A DNA stretch of 64,000 nt from Candidatus Heimdallarchaeum endolithica (GCA_021513715.1 CP084167.1:1056001-1120000); one strand, 5' to 3'; shown: positions 9,074 through 19,522, numbered from the stretch's first letter. The notes: generated by a model from the letters alone, not told the origin. A program made the numbers and translations.

Positions 9074-10516
9074 TTACACCCCCTCGCTCTTCTTTTGTTC
9101 TTTTGTTATATCTACAAATACAATATATTTACTTTGGTTTAACAGTGCCTTTACATTTAGTCTCTTTGACTTAGTTTTTGATCCAATTGCTTGTAAATTA
9201 ATCAAAAACCATTCAAACGAACCTTTAAAATTCACTCTTGACCACAAAAACACTATTAATTCGTAGAATAAAAATGAGAAAGCACCTACTCCTAAAGCTA
9301 TTGTAAAGTAACCGTAACCTAAACTATGTTCAAAGAGATTTTTTCCTATTTTCTTTGCAAATATTATGTTTAAAATCCATTTAGGAAAGAGATCTACTAT
9401 TTCTAGCCAAAAAATTGATAGTGAAGCTATTGCCCAGAGTCTAAAATGTTTAACAATTAGATTATTTGCAAACTTTTCCGATTTTCCTCTATACTCCACT
9501 ATTCTTAGGAAAAGCATCACTACCATTATTTGTCCTCCTAATTGGATAATAAAAGTTGAGATTTCTGGTCTCTGGTCGAATAAGGAGTATGGAAGTCCTA
9601 GAAAAATTAAAATTATTCCTATTATTATAAATATTAATCCTCCTAATGAAGCAAAAAGAGGTAGTTTTTTTGGAGGGTGATCATTTGATAGAATTATACC
9701 TATCATTGCACCTATAAAACCTGTTGCTAGACACGGGAAGATAGGTTCTAGATGTCCTGCCACAATTACTAAGAAGAACGTTCTTATTGAAGCGTTATTT
9801 GCTTGAATGTAGGGATTTGGCCAATTTGGTTCAATTACTGGAGTAACTATTCCAGGATAAACTGTTGGTTTTTCCCAATTCATATTGTCTACACAATCGT
9901 GGACAAATTGTGTTGAGACGAGAATAGCTAAAGCTAAAAAGCCGTATATGAACAAGTTTTTTCTGTCATTATCTTGTTTTCCATTTCTTAACAAATAATA
10001 GTTTATTATTGTCGTAATTATTATTGATAGAGAAATTATTTGAATTGTGCTTATTTGGAATAGTTGAGCCCAAATAAAATAAGTATTTGACCAATCTCCT
10101 GTTCTTATTGCATATCCAAGGTATCCATAATAGCCAAAAGCATCTATAAAGTAGCTGTAGAACAGTAATATCATTCCACTTAACAACCTTTTTCTGAAAA
10201 CTTCTTTTGCTTCTTTTCCATTTTTTATTCTTTTAGTCATTGAGTAGGTGTTGACTATTGAAGAGATTAATAGAAAAAAGGTATTCCAGCTCCCTAAATA
10301 AGCAATTAATGCCCCAATTCCTACTAATATTTTTGGATAGGCCAATAACAGTTCTGGATTTTCAATAGCCCAGCTATAATCATACGAATGATAAAAACAA
10401 TGAGCAAAGGTCATAAATAGAATTGCTACTCCTCGTAAAAAATCTAAAGTTACTATACGTTCTAGTGAAGAAGTATCTTCTTTTACTGGTATAGGAATCC
10501 TTTCTATGAGGTGCAT
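9074..10516 (-). CDS. HGSNAT/DUF1624-like multi-TM acyltransferase
   Basis: RIVTLDFLRGVAILFM..H N-terminal motif, multiple TMs, C-terminal GSFEW. Confidence 0.78.
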   Translation of the reverse strand: MHLIERIPIPVKEDTSSLERIVTLDFLRGVAILFMTFAHCFYHSYDYSWAIENPELLLAYPKILVGIGALIAYLGSWNTFFLLISSIVNTYSMTKRIKNGKEAKEVFRKRLLSGMILLFYSYFIDAFGYYGYLGYAIRTGDWSNTYFIWAQLFQISTIQIISLSIIITTIINYYLLRNGKQDNDRKNLFIYGFLALAILVSTQFVHDCVDNMNWEKPTVYPGIVTPVIEPNWPNPYIQANNASIRTFFLVIVAGHLEPIFPCLATGFIGAMIGIILSNDHPPKKLPLFASLGGLIFIIIGIILIFLGLPYSLFDQRPEISTFIIQLGGQIMVVMLFLRIVEYRGKSEKFANNLIVKHFRLWAIASLSIFWLEIVDLFPKWILNIIFAKKIGKNLFEHSLGYGYFTIALGVGAFSFLFYELIVFLWSRVNFKGSFEWFLINLQAIGSKTKSKRLNVKALLNQSKYIVFVDITKEQKKSEGV

Positions 10517-10638
10517 AATAATAAACTTTTGAACTTTATTTTTAAATTTGTTTAAAAGGAAATGAAGAAATTATTGTTTTAAATAAACTAAAAAAAGAGA
10601 AGTTTGCGCATATAGATGGCGTAAAAAGCAGAATAGAA

Positions 10639-11808
10639 TTAAGTTTTTGTCTCTTGTTCTGAATACATTCTTTTAGTTGTAGAGAAATATACTGCTAGTA
10701 ATGAAACAGCTAGCATATAAAATACAAGAACAATTCCCCAATATAATATCATTGTTAAATTTGAGTAGTTGCCTTCTATTAATGAATTCGCGCTATCACC
10801 ATATATTAGAGAGAGAGTATAAAATACTGTATTGACAATGATTTTTCTTGCTATGAAAATATACTCTATTATAAACGGAAACAAGAGAACAACATAAGAA
10901 ATTTGGAACTTTGGATAGAAGATTAAGAATATTAACAGAAAAGGGAATGCATCCATATAATTATTTTTTCTTCTAAATAGGAAAAAAACACCACAAATAA
11001 GTAAAATCAGTGCTGTAGTTATCTTGAAGTATAAATTAAATTTTTCTAGATTCAGACTAAAAAAGGCCTGAATAACAGATAATATCCCTTGGTTTCCTCC
11101 ATGTGTTTCTTGAACTGGATCTTTAAACTGAAAGAGAAATTCTTCTGGAGCTAGGAAATAAAAAGGAATGTATATTAAACCAACCAATAGTACGAATAAG
11201 CTTATTCCTATTGTTCTCTTTTTCCAATTTTCAAAATACACCCAAATGAGAGGAGCTAACAGAATAGGATAGTATTTTATTCCTGCTCCAAGGGCTATAG
11301 TAATCGTACCTAGTATAGGTTTATCTTTTTCAAATAAGAATATTGGAATCAAAATAAGCAATGGTAGAATACACTCATCTCCTCCCCATATAACATTTAG
11401 GTAAAGAAAAAAGGGATTTAATCCATAAACAAGGGCCATAATGAATGCCTTGGGATTATTTTTCTTTTTTTGAATTTTAAATAAAATTAAACTTGACAAA
11501 ATTAGACATAAAGCGAAAAAGAATCTTACTACAAAGTCAAATTTGACCACTAGTAAACTGGAAATCAATACTATTATTGACCAAACATATGGACTTAAAG
11601 GAGCAGCATTTGTATAAAAGTCTCTATAAGGTAAAAGTCCAGAAAGAATTCCTGACCCTCTTGTGACAAAATTTCCTTGATCTGGTACTTCAGTAACATA
11701 ATTAGGATTTATGAATATGCAGTAAAGAATAAAAACACTGTTAAGAAATAGATATGTTGAAGAAAGTATCAATAGCAATTTTGTTTCTTTTTTCAGTCTC
11801 ATAAGCAT
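10639..11808 (-). CDS. GT-C glycosyltransferase (GT87-like)
   Basis: GLLPYRDF...APLS, GLNPF, GGDE and GAGIKYYPILLAP motifs; multi-TM. Confidence 0.82.
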   Translation of the reverse strand: MLMRLKKETKLLLILSSTYLFLNSVFILYCIFINPNYVTEVPDQGNFVTRGSGILSGLLPYRDFYTNAAPLSPYVWSIIVLISSLLVVKFDFVVRFFFALCLILSSLILFKIQKKKNNPKAFIMALVYGLNPFFLYLNVIWGGDECILPLLILIPIFLFEKDKPILGTITIALGAGIKYYPILLAPLIWVYFENWKKRTIGISLFVLLVGLIYIPFYFLAPEEFLFQFKDPVQETHGGNQGILSVIQAFFSLNLEKFNLYFKITTALILLICGVFFLFRRKNNYMDAFPFLLIFLIFYPKFQISYVVLLFPFIIEYIFIARKIIVNTVFYTLSLIYGDSANSLIEGNYSNLTMILYWGIVLVFYMLAVSLLAVYFSTTKRMYSEQETKT

Positions 11809-11988
11809 TTTTACGAAATTCTTTTGATTTAAAATTGTTTTGAAATTACTGATAGGTTTTCTATTTTTAGAATTTTATTAAGAATTGACTTTGTACAAAA
11901 TGAGATAATATTGAGTGAAAATATATTCTGTTTTTTTAGAAAGATTTTAAATGTCCTAGATTAAATATTTAATAAATCAGTGATACAA

Positions 11989-12645
11989 ATGTCAAATTCA
12001 AATTTGAAAGTTAAACCAGGAGATATTAAAATTAACAATTCGATAATAAACTTTTCTTTCCTATATCCTCTAGACTTTTCTCAATTGTTTAGAATTTTTA
12101 ACGAAGCTGGCTATGAAGCAGTGATGCCAATTTTAAAAGATAAAGGATTTCAGCCATTTATTAATATAGTAGATACAGAAAAATTTAGACTGAACTATTA
12201 TCCTGAGAAAAAACTTCTCGAACTTATCTCAGATTCTAAAAACATATCAGAAGTCTTTAGCGAGATTATTGACACCATTCAACTATCTGATTACAACATC
12301 TTAAATAATTTAACGTATTGTGAAATTGTCTCAAGAACGCTAAATATTGAGTCTGAAGAATGGAAAACAAAATTAAAAGATATTAATGTTGATTTTATAA
12401 ATAAATTTGCAGAAATATTTAATTTTAAAAAACTAAATGTGAATAGAATTGGATTTACAAATAGCTTAGATCCATTAACAGTTAACTGGTTTGGTGTTAA
12501 CATTTTACCTGTTAATGCACTAGGAGAAAATTATTACACATTTGAAATTGTATATAGAAGTGATAATATAGATAGCTTTAGAAATTTCCTCAAAAGTCTG
12601 AAAGACAATAGTGATAAAAGTATATTTGGTGATAAAAGTGGATGA
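11989..12645 (+). CDS. Hypothetical protein, possibly TIGR04255-like; first gene of a 3-gene module
   Basis: About 218-aa soluble ORF; NRIGFTN strand loosely resembles the TIGR04255 RIGLRY motif. Confidence 0.6.
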   Translation: MSNSNLKVKPGDIKINNSIINFSFLYPLDFSQLFRIFNEAGYEAVMPILKDKGFQPFINIVDTEKFRLNYYPEKKLLELISDSKNISEVFSEIIDTIQLSDYNILNNLTYCEIVSRTLNIESEEWKTKLKDINVDFINKFAEIFNFKKLNVNRIGFTNSLDPLTVNWFGVNILPVNALGENYYTFEIVYRSDNIDSFRNFLKSLKDNSDKSIFGDKSG

Positions 12646-13081
12646 AACTACTAACTCAAATAGCACTTGGGAAACTTCAGAAAACATTACTCCCTTAAGA
12701 AATTTAAAGAGTAGATCAAAAGAGCCCATTCCTGGAATTCATACAATATTACAAGAGATAGAAATTAAACAAAAACAAAGTGAACAAGTAATAGAAAAAC
12801 AAAAAATACTTAGATTCAAAAAACCGAAATCTGAAAGCGATAAAATACAAAGTTTAACAATTTTTATTGAAAAAGCAATTGAAAAGAAAAAAGAAAGTAT
12901 TAAAGATATGTATGATTTTAAGATTGAATTTGACGAATATAACGGTTTATTCATAGTATCCTATTATTTTGATAGAGATTTAACATTAGAAGATGAAAGA
13001 AAAATTGCAGAATTAGAAGTTTTAATATTAGAAAAAATTGACATTTTTAGAATTGATTTTCAGAGAATATATAAGAGGTGA
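12638..13081 (+). CDS. Hypothetical protein, possible degenerate MNT-like antitoxin
   Basis: GTG start after GGTGA (ORF track starts at 12611); overlaps both neighbours; C-terminal alpha/beta domain. Confidence 0.55.
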   Translation: MDETTNSNSTWETSENITPLRNLKSRSKEPIPGIHTILQEIEIKQKQSEQVIEKQKILRFKKPKSESDKIQSLTIFIEKAIEKKKESIKDMYDFKIEFDEYNGLFIVSYYFDRDLTLEDERKIAELEVLILEKIDIFRIDFQRIYKR

Positions 13082-13491
13082 AATTTATCCCATCTCAGGA
13101 GGATCACTACAATGCTGCAATTAGCAACTTAAATTTCTATAAATTGAATAAAAATAACTTAAATAAATATCCTGATTGGGGAATTGTTATTCTGTTTTAT
13201 GAACTAATTCACTTAATTGAGCGTGTTTTAGCTATTTCTCCAATAAAAAAAGAATATCAACATTCTAGAAATCATAAACAAAGATATAGAACAATGCAAA
13301 ATATGCGAACAAAGATTCCAAAGGAGATATTAACCAAATATAGAATAATGAGCAATTTAAGTAGAAACGCAAGATATGATTATGGGAAAATAACCTTAGA
13401 AATTCTACAAAATTTTGAAAAGGAAGAATATAATGATTTGAAATATTTTTTCCAAAATTTATTTAGGGAGTTTCGAAAATATAAAAGATAA
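13078..13491 (+). CDS. HEPN-like domain protein
   Basis: PSQEDHYNAAISN...DWGIVILFY..IHLIE...H..R...LSRNARYD pattern of helical HEPN family. Confidence 0.7.
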   Translation: MKFIPSQEDHYNAAISNLNFYKLNKNNLNKYPDWGIVILFYELIHLIERVLAISPIKKEYQHSRNHKQRYRTMQNMRTKIPKEILTKYRIMSNLSRNARYDYGKITLEILQNFEKEEYNDLKYFFQNLFREFRKYKR

Positions 13492-13630
13492 TTCAAATTA
13501 AAACCTTTTTTTGATAACTATTTTTAGTCTTACAGTTTAAACAATGTATAACAAATATCTAAAGTTACTGTTATCAACAATAAAACGTGTTAGAAATGAC
13601 TTCAAGAATAGTCAATTTAACAAACACTAA

Positions 13631-14071
13631 CTATATTTTTATTGTTGACGAATCTTTTATTGTATTTAGAATTAGTTTTGTATTTGTTCTTTCTACATAT
13701 TTGTAAGCTTGAAGCTTTTTAATGAACTGATCTAATCCTTTTCTTGTCTTAAAAATAGCTAATACTACTACATCGAAGTCTCCTGTTACATCATATACTG
13801 CTATTACATTTTTTGATTTTGCTATTTCGTTTTCTACTTCAAACAATTTTCCTTTTGAAACTTTTACATCTATAATTACAGGAACATCATAACCTAAATT
13901 TGCATAATCGAGGGTTATAGTATAATCTCTTATTATCTTTTTTTCTTCTAGCTTCTTTATTCTAGACAACACTGTTGATGGAGCTATGTTCATTTTTTTT
14001 GCTATTGCTCTTGCTGACAATCTTGAGTCTGATTGTAAAATTTTGATTATTTTCTCATCTACACTATCCAT
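13631..14071 (-). CDS. Lrp/AsnC family transcriptional regulator
   Basis: DEKIIKILQSDSRLS HTH; RIKKLEEKKIIRDY; YDVTGDFD RAM domain. Confidence 0.96.
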   Translation of the reverse strand: MDSVDEKIIKILQSDSRLSARAIAKKMNIAPSTVLSRIKKLEEKKIIRDYTITLDYANLGYDVPVIIDVKVSKGKLFEVENEIAKSKNVIAVYDVTGDFDVVVLAIFKTRKGLDQFIKKLQAYKYVERTNTKLILNTIKDSSTIKI

Positions 14072-14132
14072 TTAATCACATTCTCAATTGAATATTTGTA
14101 TGGTTTTATTATTTAACACAACATTAAATAGG

Positions 14133-14224
14133 ACATATGTTTTTAAAATTTTTTTCTTTTCAAACATACGTTTCGTCTCTTTTTATAAACCCTAATAAAT
14201 ATCAGATTTATATCAAACATAAGT
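14133..14224. promoter_or_regulatory. Candidate operator sites (AAACATANGT x3) in the lrp/glnA divergent intergenic region
   Basis: ACATATGTTT at 14133-14142 (minus-strand AAACATATGT), AAACATACGT at 14162-14171, AAACATAAGT at 14215-14224. Confidence 0.35.
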
Positions 14225-14234
14225 ATATAATTGA

Positions 14235-15563
14235 ATGGTTCGAATAATGATTACAGAGGAAGTAACAAAGGAAATTGTTGAAAGTGTAAAGTATGTTAAT
14301 CTACAGTTTACTGATATAGTTGGCCACTTAAGATCTATTACTGTTACAAAGAGTGAGTTGGGGCAGAACAACTTTTTAGAATTTGGTTTAGACGGGAGCA
14401 GTATTGAAGGTTTTACTTCCGTAGATAATAGCGATTTATTACTTAAGCCTGTTCTTGACACTTTTGTAGTTTACCCTTGGGATAAAAGAATTGGACGAGT
14501 TTTTTGCGAAATTGTTGAACCTTCTGGCGAACCTTTTCTTGGAGACACCAGATTCTTGTTAAAGAGATATTTAGATAAGATAGAAAAGGAATTCAACTAT
14601 AAATATTTTACAGGAAGTGAAATAGAATTCTTCCTTATTGATGGAAAAAAGCCTTCAGATAATGCTTCTTACTTTTCTTCAGAATATCTAGACTTTCACT
14701 CTTATTTTCGTTTAGAGCTGGCTGAAATTCTTGAGCATTTTGGTATTAAACCTGAATTTCTTCATCACGAAGTTGCTCCGGGTCAACACGAAATAAACTT
14801 TAGATATGCTGAAGCTCTTAGAACTGCAGATAATATTCAAACATACAAAATTGTTGTTCGTCGGTTAGCTTCTAATTTCAATCTTATAGCAACTTTTATG
14901 CCTAAGCCTTTTATTGATTTTAATGGTTCTGGCATGCATATTCATCAAAGTTTAGTTGACACAAAAACGAACAACAACCTGTTTAATGATGAAAATGGTT
15001 TATCTGATCTAGGAAAAATGTTCATTGCTGGATTAATCAAGTATTCTAAAGAAATTCTATTTTTCCTTGCTCCTACTGTTAACAGTTATAAAAGGTTAGT
15101 TCCTGGATTTGAAGCTCCTATTTATTCTTCGTGGGGAATTGGTAATAGAAGCACTTTGATTCGGATACCTACGTATAAATTAAGGAAGAACAGAACAATA
15201 ACCGTAGAATTTAGAGCTTCTGACCCTACTTGTAATCCATATATTGCTTTCACAGTTCTTTTAGCTGCTGGAATGAAAGGAATTAGAGAAAAACTTGAAC
15301 CTCCAGAACAAGTCTCAAAGAATCTTTTCTTAATGGATGTTAATGAAAGAAGAGAAAAATATCCACTATTGCCTACTTCATTAATAGAGGCGCTTGAAAA
15401 TTCCAAAAAGAACCATTTTCTTAAAGAAGTTTTGGGAGAACACATTTTCAATTCGTTCATAGGAATAAAAGAAAAAGAGTTTCAAGAATATTCACTAGTC
15501 GAAGGAAAATCATATTCTAAAGAAATAACGAAATGGGAATGGAAGAAATATCTAAATTATTGA
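14235..15563 (+). CDS. glnA: Glutamine synthetase type I
   Basis: DGSSIEGF, EIEFFL, HHEVAPGQHEI, FMPKP..NGSGMHIHQSL, NSYKRLVPGFEAP, EFRASDPTCNPY. Confidence 0.96.
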   Translation: MVRIMITEEVTKEIVESVKYVNLQFTDIVGHLRSITVTKSELGQNNFLEFGLDGSSIEGFTSVDNSDLLLKPVLDTFVVYPWDKRIGRVFCEIVEPSGEPFLGDTRFLLKRYLDKIEKEFNYKYFTGSEIEFFLIDGKKPSDNASYFSSEYLDFHSYFRLELAEILEHFGIKPEFLHHEVAPGQHEINFRYAEALRTADNIQTYKIVVRRLASNFNLIATFMPKPFIDFNGSGMHIHQSLVDTKTNNNLFNDENGLSDLGKMFIAGLIKYSKEILFFLAPTVNSYKRLVPGFEAPIYSSWGIGNRSTLIRIPTYKLRKNRTITVEFRASDPTCNPYIAFTVLLAAGMKGIREKLEPPEQVSKNLFLMDVNERREKYPLLPTSLIEALENSKKNHFLKEVLGEHIFNSFIGIKEKEFQEYSLVEGKSYSKEITKWEWKKYLNY

Positions 15564-15582
15564 CTTTCTCCCTTTATTTTGC

Positions 15583-15867
15583 ATGAATAGTTTTAAGTAT
15601 TTGCCGAACTTAGTAATTATGAAAATGAAAAATGACTATAATTTAGCAACGATAGAAATTTTACGTGCTAAATATCCTGAACAATACATTGTTATTGATT
15701 CTAACTATAACGTTGTTGCAGTATTCAAGACTGTTGAAGAATTATATAAGTCACCATTATTATCCTCAGAAACAAGAATTATTGCACCTAAAAAAATTGT
15801 CAAATTTGATACAGCAAAAAGAAGACAATTTGGGTGGTATATGAAAAGAAGAAATGTGGAGGGCTAA
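15583..15867 (+). CDS. DUF5678-like small protein
   Basis: LRAKYPEQYIVI..YNVVAVFKTVEELYK pattern; true start may be ATG at 15619 or 15625. Confidence 0.6.
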   Translation: MNSFKYLPNLVIMKMKNDYNLATIEILRAKYPEQYIVIDSNYNVVAVFKTVEELYKSPLLSSETRIIAPKKIVKFDTAKRRQFGWYMKRRNVEG

Positions 15868-16011
15868 TTGAAATCTAGGTTTTTTTGAACAATACCTATC
15901 AAATAAAACAATTTGCAATTAACATCGATATCTTTTTTCAAAAAAAGAAGTAAAATATGGATAAAATATGAAAATGCAATAATAGACACGGGATTTAAAG
16001 GAAATATCTAA
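15854..16011 (+). pseudogene. Decayed clan AA (retropepsin-like) aspartic protease
   Basis: Manual translation ...KIWIKYENAIIDTGFKGNI* (DTG at 15985-15993), with stops and a frameshift upstream and a stop shortly after the motif. Confidence 0.6.
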
Positions 16012-16044
16012 TCTTCAAAAAGAATTTCAAAAACGGTAGATTTT

Positions 16045-17361
16045 TTATCTATTTTTCTTGAATAATACTATTCTATTCGTATTTGTTCCATATTCGTTGT
16101 TTTCTATCCCCCAGATATTTGCTGTTTTTGTAAACTCTTGAAGATTGATTACTATTCCTACTGGTTCAAATCCAACTTCTGCTCCTATTGGTACTACTTC
16201 TTCATCTAGCTTTATTTTTCCTTTTCTTACTTCTCCTACTTCAAAAGCCAGATATCCTCCTGGTTTAATTATTCTATAGAATTCCTTGAATGCTTCTTTC
16301 ATCACTTTAGTCCATTCATCTAGTTTTCTTGTTATTGTTATCTTTTTTTCTATTTCTTTCACGTCTATATCGTTAAACCAACATCTTAGCCAATTATCTT
16401 TTGAATATTGCACCACGTCTAAGAATGGTGGAGAAGTTACTATTAGTGATACTTTTTCATCTTCTATTTCTGGTGTTTTTCTTGCGTCAGATGTAAGGAA
16501 TTTAGCTGTTTTTCCTGCTTCAGCTAGTTTTATTTTCTCTTCTTTCTTCAAATTCCTTTGCAGTGCCTTTGTTTTTCTTACTATTAATTTCTTTACTTCT
16601 CTATACTCTGGCTCTTGGTTTCTTTTTTCATTAATCTTTCTTTGTCTTTCTGGTGAAACTGCTTGGTTAGGTGGAAGAGTGAAAACTGAAAAAAATCCTT
16701 TTGAGTGTCCTGATAAGCGATTTGTCGCTACCATTCTTATCCACTTATCTATTATATCTTCTTCATTTTTTTCTTTTCTTTCTAGGAGATAGTTCTTTAG
16801 AGAAACTATTTCTGCTTCTGTTTTTTTGTGATAAAACATTGACAGATCTATTTCTGCTTCAGATTTATAATCTACTTTTATCTCGCTTAACCTTTCTTCT
16901 ACTTCTTTTATTGTTTGTACAAAAAATCTAGGAACTGTTAATATCTCACTTAGAGGGTTAATATCATTTGATATCACTTTTCTTCCCATTATTCCTGCTT
17001 CTATAACTGTTGTTCCTCTTCCACTAAAAGGGTCATATACCATCTCATTTTCTTTGGTTAATAATTGGATAAAAAATTTTGGTAATTGGGCTTTAAAACA
17101 AGCCCTATAAGATATTTCGTGGATAGAAGCTGCTTGTCTTTGTTTAGAAGTCCAGAACTCATTAGTGTATCTAATAATTTTCTTTCCGTCAATTTCCAAA
17201 TAATCGATTTTCGTTGATTTTTGATTTAATTTTTTTGAGTTTTTTCGTTCTTTTTCTTTACTATACAACTTAAAATTTTTCAAATACCCATGAATAGTGG
17301 AAATTGACTTTTTGCTTATTTTATTCACCATTTTGTCATTTATCCTGTGAACACCTTTCAA
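16045..17361 (-). CDS. DNA amino-methyltransferase, likely N4-cytosine; no partner nuclease seen
   Basis: Motif I YDPFSGRGTT precedes motif IV IVTSPPF; start codon uncertain. Confidence 0.9.
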   Translation of the reverse strand: MKGVHRINDKMVNKISKKSISTIHGYLKNFKLYSKEKERKNSKKLNQKSTKIDYLEIDGKKIIRYTNEFWTSKQRQAASIHEISYRACFKAQLPKFFIQLLTKENEMVYDPFSGRGTTVIEAGIMGRKVISNDINPLSEILTVPRFFVQTIKEVEERLSEIKVDYKSEAEIDLSMFYHKKTEAEIVSLKNYLLERKEKNEEDIIDKWIRMVATNRLSGHSKGFFSVFTLPPNQAVSPERQRKINEKRNQEPEYREVKKLIVRKTKALQRNLKKEEKIKLAEAGKTAKFLTSDARKTPEIEDEKVSLIVTSPPFLDVVQYSKDNWLRCWFNDIDVKEIEKKITITRKLDEWTKVMKEAFKEFYRIIKPGGYLAFEVGEVRKGKIKLDEEVVPIGAEVGFEPVGIVINLQEFTKTANIWGIENNEYGTNTNRIVLFKKNR

Positions 17362-17435
17362 ATTACATTTTTTATCTCTTTCTAAAAAAAATAAAAAACA
17401 AGAAATAGTTTTAATGTAGAATTAGAATTTTATTT

Positions 17436-17963
17436 TTACAACTCTTTCATTTTTTCTTTAATGAAATTCCTTCTTTCTCCTCTTGTCTTCAGTTCTGCTA
17501 TTTCTTTCTTATAGCGCTCTAATATCACTTCTCTTTGGAGATAAGCATATAATATATCATAAAATGGGAACTCCAATTCCAAAGCATCGTGGTCAGACTC
17601 ACATAATAGAGGAGCTCCACTTGCAACTGCTTCCAATCCATAAGCTAGTTTTTCACTTGGTTCTCTTTCTGTATCTCCAGAACGGACTATTTTTCGCAGT
17701 TTTGCTAAAGCAGGATCTTCTGTTAGATTATACTTTTCAATAATGGAGTCAAAAGTACAATATTTTACTCCGTCACGTTCAAAGTGATCAAGTTCTATTC
17801 CTGTTCCTGTATCAAAAGGAATTGCTCCAGTTTTCTCTACAAATTCAGTTATTTCTTCTTTAGGCAAGAAGATAAATTGTGCTTTTTTGTCTACAAAGCG
17901 CTTGATCAACCAAGGACAAGCTACTCTGTCAACATGTACATAATCTCTTGTAACCCATAACAT
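17436..17963 (-). CDS. ChrB C-terminal domain protein (chromate resistance family)
   Basis: MLWVTRDYVHVDRVACPWLIKRFVD...AIPFD...CTFD. Confidence 0.9.
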   Translation of the reverse strand: MLWVTRDYVHVDRVACPWLIKRFVDKKAQFIFLPKEEITEFVEKTGAIPFDTGTGIELDHFERDGVKYCTFDSIIEKYNLTEDPALAKLRKIVRSGDTEREPSEKLAYGLEAVASGAPLLCESDHDALELEFPFYDILYAYLQREVILERYKKEIAELKTRGERRNFIKEKMKEL

Positions 17964-18121
17964 TTTGGTCAAAAAATGAAAACTTTTCACATTTAAAAAG
18001 TTTAAGCAGAAAGTTTATATTTTCTTTTATTTTTTCTTTCTCAATATTCATTTTTTTCATTTCTTTTACTACTAATTCTTTAATATTCAAAAAAAGTAAA
18101 AATGAAAAGTTACAACTATTC

Positions 18122-19522
18122 TCACTTTTCTTTATCATTTTTAGGATTAAGTTTCACAAAAAGAACAGGTTCAACGTTGTAGATTATTTCTCTTGAACGA
18201 ATTGGATCCATATGGTTAATAGTTCTTCTTCCTACAACTTTATTAAGGTAAGCCAAGCACCATTCCCATGTACCAATATATCTTGCTAAATCCCAGATTC
18301 TTATTAATGCTTCCCACATCAAAGTAAAAACAACAGCCAAGAAAAGCGCTTGAACAAAAGTCGCTTGATATCTATGAACATAATCCAGACCTGGAATAAG
18401 AGATAAGATTTTCTCTGGAATGAATATCAATACTTGAAACATATAGACTGTTAAGGACATTATTCCCCATCTACGGACAAATCTAGAGTTCTTTAACCAT
18501 TTTTCGACATCCAATTTAGGGTTGAATTCTACTTTGTGGATAATGAACAGCAATGCTGCTAGTTCTAATCCTGTGTTAGATAACATAAACCATGTTGGGT
18601 GAATGTGCTGAAAAACAAGTACACCATCTACATCATATCCATTACCGAACAAATTCTTTGTAAATAGTTTACTATCTATAAAAACGAACCAAATGGCTCC
18701 TAAAAGAAACAATCCAAGAGCTGTCCAGTAACCTCTTTTTAGAAATTTCTCAGAAGGATTATCTTGTATTAACCAATAACCTATAATTACACCTACTAAA
18801 CCAGAAGCTAACATTGGAAACAGCGGAGATTCTCTTCCTCCTAAAGCAATTATCCAATATCTTACAAACGGTTTTGTTATTGGTTTTACATAGGGAGGGT
18901 AAGCAGATGTTCTCAAGTCGACTATTTCTCCTAATCCTGTTTCTTTTCCTACAATTAAGTTTGCTAATTGTTGTACATAAGGGGATACAAAGACTATGAT
19001 AAGAGCTAAAGTACCAAGAACAATTGTATTTCTTTGAAGTTTATTCATTCCATCTTTTCTACTTAATATAAAGAACACTATACTTGCTACGATAATACTT
19101 GCAGCTATATCTTGTAAAGCTTCAACAAAGAAAACAAAATCACTAGCTACAGACCAATCCCACACTCCAGTTCTATGCCACACATCTATAATCCCAAAAG
19201 TATTAAAGATTGCATTATACAGATCTCCAATACCCCATAATATCAACCCAGCAAAGAAGTTTTGAAATAATATAACCCCTGGTCTTTTTCCTTTCTTGAA
19301 TTTTTGAGCCATTGAAAAAGTATTAACTGTAGATGAGATCATGATGAAAAAACCTCTCCAATGACCAAAAATAAAGAATAGAAAAGCAAATGGAAGTTCC
19401 CATGTTAAACTTCCTAAGTCTCCTGTTCCAAAGAAGTTCCATGAATTAAAAAAACCATGAAAAAGAGTCATTCCTAGCACAGTTAGACCTCTTGCAAAAT
19501 CAATTGACGTTATTCTCTTCAT
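18122..19522 (-). CDS. HGSNAT/DUF1624-like multi-TM acyltransferase
   Basis: RITSIDFARGLTVLGMTLFH; GTWEW near the C-terminus; paralog of 9074-10516. Confidence 0.78.
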   Translation of the reverse strand: MKRITSIDFARGLTVLGMTLFHGFFNSWNFFGTGDLGSLTWELPFAFLFFIFGHWRGFFIMISSTVNTFSMAQKFKKGKRPGVILFQNFFAGLILWGIGDLYNAIFNTFGIIDVWHRTGVWDWSVASDFVFFVEALQDIAASIIVASIVFFILSRKDGMNKLQRNTIVLGTLALIIVFVSPYVQQLANLIVGKETGLGEIVDLRTSAYPPYVKPITKPFVRYWIIALGGRESPLFPMLASGLVGVIIGYWLIQDNPSEKFLKRGYWTALGLFLLGAIWFVFIDSKLFTKNLFGNGYDVDGVLVFQHIHPTWFMLSNTGLELAALLFIIHKVEFNPKLDVEKWLKNSRFVRRWGIMSLTVYMFQVLIFIPEKILSLIPGLDYVHRYQATFVQALFLAVVFTLMWEALIRIWDLARYIGTWEWCLAYLNKVVGRRTINHMDPIRSREIIYNVEPVLFVKLNPKNDKEK

